From the NCBI RefSeq assembly GCF_009914755.1, contig NC_060944.1: DNA of 64,000 nt; one strand, given 5' to 3'. This document shows, one piece after another, positions 53,960-64,000 of this stretch. The first letter of the stretch is position 1. Each line of letters starts with the position of its first letter. This stretch comes from the human T2T-CHM13v2.0 reference genome, Homo sapiens. The notes below the pieces were generated by a model. It was not told the origin of the DNA. It saw only the letters and a list, made by a program, of their open reading frames with translations, and made no database searches. The position numbers and the translations under genes are program-made.

Positions 53960-54425
53960 GGGCCATGGGTCCTCTGGCAGTTGGTTGAAGCCCACGGACC
54001 CCTTTCTAGAATAATATTTTAAATAAATGTATCAAATAAAACTCACAGAATTACAAAGGAATCCAGTCATATTGAAATGAAATATTAAAATCTCAAAAAG
54101 TAGCAAATATGTGATATCAAATATAAGTGCTTCTTTTGGGATATTTTAAAACACAAGTTCTCATGGTGCGCCACCTAAATGCCATAATTTCAAAGTGGTG
54201 ATCAATGTAAACAATATTTTGAGAGATCTGTGACAACTGTAATGTGGTCTGTGTCTGTGATTTACAGCGATGACAGTCTCTGGTCCTGCTAACACTGCTC
54301 TCGGTATTTACCTTGCCTTTTCTTTTCTTTCCTTTTGGAAGGAAAGGATATGCTGTTTCAGGTGCAGATTAGTGAAAATATAGAAGTAATGTTTTCTCCA
54401 TTCAAGCTGATGAGACCCCTGAATG
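53960..54425. mobile_element. hAT-Charlie-type DNA transposon fragment
   Basis: 'ggcagttggttgaagcccacggacccctttctagaataatatttt' resembles recalled Charlie-family sequence; family uncertain. Confidence 0.45.
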
Positions 54426-55122
54426 AAGAACTATTCACTTAAAAGAACACAGAACTATTTCGGTCAGTTCAAGTAGAAGCCTCTAGAATGTTATTGTGTC
54501 AAGGTGCGTTTTGCCATGTTAGACTCTCCCTTTATTTTCTACAAAATATTTGTTCATAGCAGATTATATTTTTATTGAAAACAATGCATATTTGAAAGAA
54601 ATGCTCTTACACTCAGAAACACTGTCCTTGGAAGACAAAGTCCTCACAAGGAAGCCAAGAAATCCACAAGTGTTGTTTGAGAAACGTCAACTGTGCTTCG
54701 GCTGTTGGCACACATCTCCTGTGGGATAAGTTCAGGCCTTAAATGTATGCAGGACAAGAGGCTTAAAAGTGAGCATGTGCAGAGAACAAAACCTATTTAG
54801 GCAGGAAAATAAGATAATTGGAACTATATATTTTAATGCTATTTTACAGAAGTATATTATAATATATTCTTTAAATGCATGAAATGTGAGAAATTGAACA
54901 ATGAAAATATCTATCACTAATATAACTGCAAATATTTAGTGCTTGCCTTTAATTTTTTGTGAAAATTAGAGATCTGAACATTTTGTTAGCACAGTAAGTA
55001 TATTTAATATACCTATTATCAAATTATAACTGATAGATCCAGTGGATGGAAAGCTATGGAAGTAAACACACCTAATATAGAAAGAAATACTACTTATGGT
55101 ATAGGAGATATATATATATAAT

Positions 55123-55794
55123 TGTTACAGTAGGTAGCTAGTCAGGCCTGAGCATGGCAGGAGAGGGCTCCTCCACCACCAGGAATGTCAGGCAACCATC
55201 AGATGATGGTCAGGCAGTTGTTAACTGTCTTTCTAAAATAATTTGTTGCAGCCAGTGCCAGGGAAAGCAGTCTCGCTATCAATAGAAGAAACCTCAAACT
55301 GGGGATCAGCAGCTTCCAGATAAGATCTCAGGAGCTGGGTAAGTGGGCTCAAGCTTGTGCATTAAGATGCAAAATGACAGAGTTTAATTGGTATATGACC
55401 TTCTAGGGACATTTGACTGGCAAGGGAAGAATGCTTGAAGTGAGCATGTGTACAACTCCAGTAAACAAACTGAGCTGGCAGGCCACTGAGCATGTGGACA
55501 GCCCATCCCAAGGGAAGAATCAGGGGAGAAAGGATGCAAGACCCCAGAAGTATGCCAACACATAAAACCCCAAGTGAAAAAGTCAAACCACGCACTTGTA
55601 TTTCAAGTTGGCCACTTGGCCCTCTTCCAAGTGTACTTTCCTTCCTTCTTCCCTGCTCTAAAGCTTTGTAATAAACTTTCAATCCCGCTCGAAAGCTTGC
55701 TAGTCTCTCCTTCTGCCTCTCAGCTGAATTCTTTCTTCTGAGGAGGCAAGAATGGAGGTTGCTGCAGACCCATATGGATTTGCTGCTGGTAACA
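55123..55794 (+). mobile_element. MER50 solo LTR (ERV1)
   Basis: Starts 'tgttacagtaggtagctagtcagg', AATAAA near 55670, ends 'gctggtaaca'; TSD taat/tcat. Confidence 0.8.
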
Positions 55795-58749
55795 TCATTA
55801 TCTCTGAGTTGAAGCAGCATGATTTTTACTTTCTTCTCTTTCTTATATTTTCTACATGCATTTATTTTATAAGTTAAAGGCTCCACTCCTTCATTAAAAA
55901 AAGGTAAAATTATTTTTTGATAATTGAAAATTAGTCAGTTCAAAGTAATGTGGCTGGTAATACACATCGCATTTTTGCAGTCTCTTGCAAAACAGAAGCT
56001 ATTCTGACTCCCTTGTAGCTCACTAATTTTCAAGAATTTAATAAAAATCTGCTGCCTGAAAGAGCCGCTCCTGTCATCTTGAGAAGGCTGGGGTCTTTGC
56101 ACCCCCTGAGTTCAGTGATTGCTTCCCCAAAAACACATTTCACAAGAGGATAGACTTTATCACATGGGTTCAGCCGGGCTGTGTCATAGAGACCCATCCC
56201 AACTCACCCCGTGTTATTACCAGTGAACTACTGAGATGCTAAATCTTTGGCTTCTTGGTTTGAGTTGTGGAAGGACAGATAAACAAAAGTGCCTGCTAAG
56301 ACCCAGATATCTGGAGGAATTCTGTGGATGCCCTAGAGCAAGGTTGACGTGCTGTGTCTGTCAAGGGCAAGAGAGTAAACATTTCAGCTGCAGGCCTTTC
56401 AGCCTCTGTCATAACCACTGAACTCTGCCTTTGTTGTGTGAAAGCAGCAAGCCTGGTGGAGCCCCACAAAATCGGTTATCTACTGCCAGTAGCAAACCTC
56501 CCCAAAACTTAGTGATGAGAGCAATGAATATTGAAACCCTGGTTATCTGACCAAGTCAGTATTGGACAAATTTGCACAGAGATCTTTTGGTGATTTGCAG
56601 AAGCTGGTGCAGGCAGACTTCTTATTTTCATCAATATCTAGCTCCATCAGGACTGAAAACTGCAGACTAGCTACTCTAGACTTCTGGTGGCTGAGAACAA
56701 GCCTGCAGGATGGCTTGACAGCTCTGGGTAAACTGTCTGAGAACATCTTCAGCTTGGGCAGAACAGCCTTCCAGGAATGAAGATGTCACAGAGAGCAGGG
56801 TGCTGGAGAGGGCTTTACTCTGAAGTAGGGGCGGCCAATATTTGATCCCATCATTCAGAAATCCCTCTTCTACCCACAGGCCTGGCAGTGACTGAGGCTC
56901 CATCTAGCTCTGGGAGAAGAGGAAGGGAGTGGCTTCCCACTGGGGGTGCCTCAGACCTCGCTTACCTCCACCCATAGCTGGTCCACCCACCATGGGTGCT
57001 CAAAAGTAGAAGGAAGGATGGGGAAACATTCAGTCCACGTCCAAATCATCGAGAAGACTTTTCAGATTGGGAATAATTCCGAAGCCAGATCCCAGCAAGG
57101 CACTGCCAAAAAATGGCTCTCTGGGGTTTATTTTCCTTTGGAAAGGACTTTTGGGACATACGGCAAGAGGGAGCTTTCTGGGTCCCTTAAAGGGCCCTGC
57201 AGGAAAGAAGGGCAGTGGGACGCATTGTCTGTTCTCCATAGACAATAGGGCAGACTGCTTCCTCCTTGGGACTGGTAGTTACGTTTATGTTTCTGACAAC
57301 CAGCTGGCTACTGAAGAAGCGTGGAGCCAACAGCTGCAAGGGATAATTTTGGCAGCATCACCCACGGTGCAAATTTAAAACTCCAGCTGGTTCTACTGCA
57401 AGCAGAATAAACACAAACAGCTGATAATAAGTAAATTCAGAACTTGAAATATGCCAGAGACACTTTATAGCCCTCTGTTTTCTCCTAGTGTGCACTCTTT
57501 GTGCTCTCATCCTGTGGTCTTGAGCGTGAACATCATTTTCATATTTTATCTTGCTATCTAAAAGTTTTATTTATTTGGGAAATAAGTAGGCTCTGAATCT
57601 GGGGGGAAAATAGTTGTCAAGAACCAAATATTTGGCTTCCTGTTTCCCAGAAAGTGTTTGCTGCTGTTTCCATTTCTGGCCCAACATTTTTCCAGAGTTG
57701 AAAATGTCATTTAAATGAGTCAGTCCCCGGGGCTCAGAAGCAATGATAAAGATGTGGACATGGCCCCAGAACGTTGGAGCACTGCTGCCTCTGGTGGACT
57801 GAAGGGCAGCTGGCATTAAAAACAGGATGTTCCTGCTGTGATACAGGCAGAGGAAGAAGAAGGGTATGCAAACCAAGGCAGTCCCCTGCAGCCTTGCCCC
57901 TCAGTGTGTGGTCCCAGACCAGCAGCATCACTGCACCTGGTAGCTTGTTAGAAATGCACAACCTCTGACCCCACCCCGACCTCCTGCATCAGAATCTGCC
58001 TGTTGACAAGGTCTTGGGGAAAAGGGTATTGGGGAATTTGCTGCACACACACTCCGCTGGGCAACCCAACGGCCTCAATGAGACCAGCCTGCACAGGATT
58101 CTACCTGCCTTCCCCTACCTTCCACCACAGTTTCAATGATCCTCTCTAGGAGTATGAAAAAGGAGTGGCCAAGATTGTCAGCATCAGCTTTTATCTTCTC
58201 TCTGTGAACACATATATCACTTACCAACTTGTCAGAAAGGCAGATTCCTGGGCCCTAATTCAAACTTCCTGAATCAGAAACTCTGGGGATTGGGCCCAGC
58301 CCTGTGGGTTTTAGCAAGCTCTCCAGGGCATTCTGATGCACAGGTTTGAGAAACAACTGGCTCATTGTATGTGAGGCATGAATGAAGTGGCCTCCGAGGC
58401 TCTGCTCACATCCTCACTACCCCCATCTCTTCCTCCTGGGCTTTCCACCTTGGGTCCTGGCTCTACCAACTCTTCCTTGGATCCTGAATCTACAGTTTCT
58501 ACCTGCATGGGCACAAGTATCACAAACCTTATCCTGATGGGATAGTGGAACTCCACCTTCAAGCCAAGATAAATGTAATTTGTAAAATTTTTGCACAGAC
58601 AGGAGGTGCAGAGGACATTGTTATCATGAAGCTGAAAGTCATGCAATAGGATGGAAAGGAGGAAGACTGAAGGAATCCAAGATGCTAAAAGTATTAAGAA
58701 TTCATAGCCCAACCTCATACTGTTGGGCTATGAGTATGTCAACCTCATA

Positions 58750-59057
58750 CTGTTTTCTGCAAAGAAACAGAGATAATAAGTGCTTTAGGTTTTGCAGGCC
58801 ACTTGGTCTGTGCTGCTGTAACAGGAGACCAGCCGCAGACCATATATAAACGAATGGATGTGGCTGTGGTCCAATAAAACTTTGTTTACAGACTTTGAAA
58901 TTTTCATAATTTTACATGCCGTGAAATATTTTTCTTCTTTTGATTTTTTTCTGACCATTAAAAAAATGCAAAAAAGCCATTTTTAGCTCACGAACCATAC
59001 AGAAACAGGCAGTGGGCCAGAGTGGGCCTGCAGGCCATAGTTTTCCAAACCCTGCCC
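58750..59057. mobile_element. MER58-like hAT MITE
   Basis: 'ggctgtggtccaataaaactttgtttaca' ... 'gcaggccatagttttccaaaccctg'. Confidence 0.65.
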
Positions 59058-59859
59058 TACAAACATTAATAAAGAAAAAAACTTAGAAGATGCAGGACTT
59101 GCTTATGAAAACTTCCTCTACTTCAAAAAAGATATATATAGAGAAGAAAAAAACCCAACCACTAAGAAGCATTGTATTCAAATGCAAGAGACAATGGTGG
59201 GAAGAGCCCTCTTTGTCTTGTTTCTGTCCATTGTGGATGTTTCTTGTCACTGTTGTGGAATTATGGTGAGTGAAAGAGAGGGCGTTAAGAAGGAAGAGAA
59301 GAGAAAGGAAAAGCAAAATACAGTGAGTATTTAGGAAGTTGTAGAAGGCAAAGTAAGGACTGAAATGACCACAAGCTTCATATTACAAGGAGAGAGAAAA
59401 ATGTGGTTCTGTTCTTTCAGTTAAAGAGAAAAACGCTTCCACCTTACTCCCCAATAGAACCACAGATCTCAGAGTTGGCTTGGCTGAGACCAGGCCTATT
59501 GGATTCTTGGCTTCCGGTATCATGCAGCTTCTGGTAAGTCAATGTGTTTGACATTCCTCCACACTCTAGACTCCCCAGCTCCCAAGGAAGGAACACCACC
59601 TTTCATCTTCCAGGTCATTTCATTCTGCTATGAAGGTGTTTCCATCTCAAAAATTGGTAGTTCATATAAAGCGGGCAAATGGGCGCCATAGTCACCACCT
59701 TACAGACACTGCACTCATTTACACACCATTTTGCATACATTTGTTCTGACTGCTCTTCAGTGAGAACTTCATTACTTTTATATTACAGAATTGTTATACT
59801 TTTAAAAAACTTTAAATATCGGTCATTTGTAGTGAGCAGCTTAGTATTTTCCGTGATGG

Positions 59860-60185
59860 AGTGTAATAGTTTTCCATTGCTGCTGTGGTTAAAAACAACA
59901 CAAACGTATCATCTTAGAGCTCTGGAGGTAAGAAGTCCAAAATTGGGGCACCATCAGGGCTGCTCTCCTTCTGGAGAATATAGGGGAGGATCCTTTCCTT
60001 ATCTGTTCCAGAGATCACCTTTATTTCTTGACCTGAGGCTCCTAGCTCCATCTTCAAAGCCAAGAGCATACACAGCATCTTCTCACCTCTCTCTCTGACC
60101 TCTGCTTCTGTGTCACATCTCTAACCCTTCTGCCTTGATATTCCATCTTTTAAGGACCCTGTGATTGCATTGGGCCAACCAGGCT
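59860..60185 (-). mobile_element. MLT1 (ERVL-MaLR) LTR fragment
   Basis: 'ctggaggtaagaagtccaaaat', 'tccatcttcaaagcc', 'ttttaaggaccctgtgattgcattgggcc'. Confidence 0.65.
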
Positions 60186-62229
60186 GAGTCATAGAGGCAA
60201 AAGCCAATAAAGGATTAATAACAAAACCAAAGGGAAAAAAATCCTTTGACAGAATTGCCCTAGCATGTCTGGTTTAGCACGTGAGCAAATACAGCATTTG
60301 GGCTGCGTCTTATGAAATCTTAATGGCTTGTGAATGAAATGAGTTAAAACTATCAACCATCTCTCGCTGAACTGAGCTTAGTGTTCCCACTTAAGAAATT
60401 CATTTCTGAATTTTATTAAATTTTTAAAATCTCACTAAAACTATAGTCCTGTCTGCTGATTTCTAGGGTAGATGGCCCTGATGATGTAATAAATCCTCTT
60501 CATCAAGAATGTCTTGGTCATTTGTATTTCTGGCACTGTAGTCCTCACAGTAGAGCATCGGTCCTTTGTCATCTAAACAAAACTCACTTGGATTTAGCAG
60601 CAAGAACTTTAAGGACTCTGATTGTCGGGGCTGTGATCCTAAGCTTGAAAGGATCAGTTTATTAGCAATATCTCACACTCTTTTTTTTTTTTTCATGTTG
60701 AGCAGTAGAATATAAGAGATGATAATGAGGAAATGGAAATTAAAGACGTGTGCGTGTGCCACTCCCTGCAGATTCGGTTTATACCATGCCTCCAGGAGTC
60801 ACAGAGCGTTGGACACAGCAGGATGGGTGGTCTGATCCCAGCTATTTGCAGCCCACACAGTGATCAGGGGATTCTTTATTGGTCACTTTTTTTTCTTTCT
60901 CTCTACCAATTAATGTTCCTTGTTCTTGATCCACCCCTTTGAGCCAAACAACCATTGAAAAGATGGAAACATCATTTTCCATGAAAGTACACATCTTGAA
61001 CCCTGTTATAACCTGAAACAGAAAATGTAAAAAGCTGCTGTCAGTTCCTCCTTCAGTTTCAGAGTGCACACAAAGCCCTACTGTCAAACTTAAACAATGT
61101 TTATAGTGAAAAGAAATGATTAGAAGCAGGAAGGCACCACAGGGAGTAACAATCCTTCATGTTTGGAGGGATTTTATTTGCTTTAGCAATCTGATGGAAG
61201 GAAAAGAAAATTCCCATTATCAGGAACATCGCCCATCGGAGTGCCTAGTAATAAAAGTGTCAGCACCAATAATGTTATTAAAAGAAAACACTTTCTAGGT
61301 TCTGCCACCTACGTGTTGTATCCCTTTAAAAGGAAGCACAGTGGATAGCACAGTGCCTGTAGAGGCTGAGCTGGACGTGGATTTGTTTGCCTTGAAGCTT
61401 TGTATCAACAGTATGGGCACCTCAGCTCTGAATTTTCTGATAAAATGAGGTGTGCACGTAGAGTTCATGGCAATAGTGACCTTCAGACTCATTCTTCTTC
61501 AGATCCTTCTTTTTAGCTAGATCTACAATGGCATTCCTTTTCCCAGGAATGCGATTCCCAGGCTGGCCAAACTCATGTTGCCATGTATTAACCCCCAAGG
61601 CAAATAGCAAAGTTTCCTTTGAAGACAATAAATACATAGTCCATGGGCTGGACAACTGGAGGTGTTTTGGAAAGTTCTTTTTATTTTCAGCAAGATATGG
61701 AGACTCACTTTCCTTGGATGAGTATAAAACATGAAAGCAGTTATTCTGTAGATGTCTAATGGAAAGCTCTAGAATCTCTACCACATTTCTTGGTGCCAGC
61801 ATTTGCATTTTTTGGCTATTTATTGGAACTTGGTTGCATGTCATTTTTTGTTCATCCATGCCATTTTCTGACTATTTACTTTGTGCTAGGTGCCATATTA
61901 AGGACATTAAGCACATTACATGGAATCCTCACAACAAATTATTTTTATTATCCCTATTTTACTGAAGATGAAATTAATTTAGGAACAGTAGCCTGGCCAA
62001 GGTCATGGGGCAGCAGTGAAGCCAGAATTCAACTGCAGGGCTGTGTAACTCTGACATCCAGCATGTAACCACATCTCAATCCCTGAAATGATTTAAGCAA
62101 AAGGAAGCAAATGAGAAGAAATGTGTGCTCTTTATAGTTTTATGCATCATGTGTGGGTTTGCCTCTGAGATGTGTCAAGGCCCTGTTGAAACAGTCTTGT
62201 GAGATGTTGCTTCCGAAAGACGTAGAAGC

Positions 62230-62940
62230 ACAGCTGTGTGTTGATAATAGTCCCAAACTGGTAACACTTGGGTGTTCATCAGCAGGTAAATTGATACACA
62301 ATTGTTAGTGAAGCTGCTCAGGGGAATTCTAGGAGCAATTAAGAGTGAACGCACATCCTATGATGTGCAAATCTCAAAAACATTGCACAGCATAAAAGCA
62401 GCTTTACATAAAACAGTATATTCTGTCTGATTTGAATTATACGACGTCATTAAACAGGCTAAATAATCCATGATGGGGGGAAATCAGAACAGTGGTTGCC
62501 TCTAGCTGGGGAGAAGGTAAAATTGAGAAGGGGGATGGGGAAACTTCCTAGGGTGATGGTCCGGGTCCTTATCTTGACAGGGTGTTGATTACACAGATGT
62601 CTGCATTTGTCAAAACTCATGGAATGACACACTTAAAATTTGTACATTTAATTGTGTGTAAATCTTATCTCAAAAGAAAAACATAACAAATATCGGCCTC
62701 TAGTTAATGACATGGGTTGACATGTTTAGAGGGATGTGTACTGATGCCTACAACTTACTCAAATGCATCACAAATAAGCTGTATTGATGGCTGGGTGGAT
62801 GGAAAGTTGTGACAGAAGTCAAGTGACATATTAAAAGTGTAGAATCTAGATGGTGTTCGAATCTAAGCGGTAGAATTCTACCTAGGTAGAATCCACACAG
62901 CTGTTCACCGTTTGTAAATTTTTCTAGCAAAATATTAGGA
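62230..62940 (+). mobile_element. Old L1M 3'-end fragment
   Basis: 'aaatcagaacagtggttgcct', 'tttgtcaaaactcat...cacttaaaatttgtacattt'. Confidence 0.65.
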
Positions 62941-64000
62941 AAAAGACTTTGCTTATGGAGTCCAGGCTCTTTTCTCTGTGAAGCTGCATTTCCCCAAATG
63001 TCGGGGAGACCCACCTGCCCTGTTAAGGACCAGCGGTGATCTCAATCTGACACTGCCACAGTGAATGCCACAGGTGTTCTGTGCCAGTCAGTGATTCACC
63101 CTTGTCACAGTTGGGGAATAGTGAAAGGAAGCCTTGAGGGGAGCAGTGGAGGTGGCCACGGCCCACCTGCCCAGCAGACTGATGCCCACCACTATCCTCT
63201 CTGGAGACAAGTTTGGAATAAGAGCATGATTCTGAGGAGTCAGACAGACTTCAGTTTCATTCCTGGTTCTGACAGCTGCTTGCTTTGTGACCTTAAGCAA
63301 TTTGTTGAAATACATCTGAGCTTCTATTTATCCATCTGTGAAATGGGCACAACGCATAGTGGCTGGCACAGGATGGAGGACGGTCCTTAGCACAATGCTA
63401 GGCCCACAGAATATGCTCAAGCACATTTCCTAGAAACTGAAGGGCCTGTACAGGCCAAAAGGCCTGTAGCCCAAAAGCAGGGTTTGACTGTGGCCATCTC
63501 TAAGAAAGAAATGTAGTCAGATGATTCAAAGGAAAATGGGTAAAAGAAAAAAACCAAAGCTGCAAGTTTAAAAAGTCAATGCTCAGGAATGATGAGAGGA
63601 AAGTGGTCTTGGAACACACAGGGGTGACCACTCCTTCATGATGTGTGTGTGTTTTGATAGAGGTCGGTATAATTAGAGATATTCATGATCCCCAAAGGCC
63701 TCCTTATGGGGTAGGGGCTTAAAGACATTTTCCCTACTCTTGGCCCTTCCCCACTCACCCTCCCTCTGACCCCAGGGCCCATAAAGCTACTGGAGCCTTG
63801 TGTTTGGGGCTCAGTCAATAGTGAAAGGACCCCAACAACCTGACCCTGTATTGGTGCACTACAGTTCCATGGGCAAAGAGAAACAAGAGGGGTCAGCATT
63901 TTCTCTGGTTGAGACTATTGCTTGTACCATCGCAATAAGTGATTAAAGGCTTTACCAGTACTTTCATTTTGGCTCATTGTTGCTTTAATTGGCTACTCCA

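Overview
Human (primate) genomic DNA recognisable as the SSTR4-THBD locus (chr20p11.2). It holds two intronless, convergent protein-coding genes, each in a CpG island: SSTR4 (somatostatin receptor 4, + strand, 30965-32131) and THBD (thrombomodulin, - strand, 44985-43258, here the Val473/Val455 allele). The rest is intergenic DNA rich in Alu, L1, L2, MIR, DNA transposons and ERV solo LTRs. I find no evidence for a wholly new gene system; the other ORFs are antisense-frame or repeat artefacts. The most notable unexplained structures are: (i) a young, near-perfect 268-bp direct duplication bracketing a nested-LTR pile-up (17.9-22.1 kb); (ii) two independent solo LTRs of one family 1.2 kb apart, both with a FOX:ETS motif and one with an intact promoter; (iii) an Alu-Alu inverted template-switch scar (9.3-10.35 kb); (iv) a perfect 58-bp tandem duplication; (v) small fold-back scars. 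Repeat family names are from memory of consensus sequences and need RepeatMasker/Dfam confirmation. Boundaries without a stated TSD are approximate.
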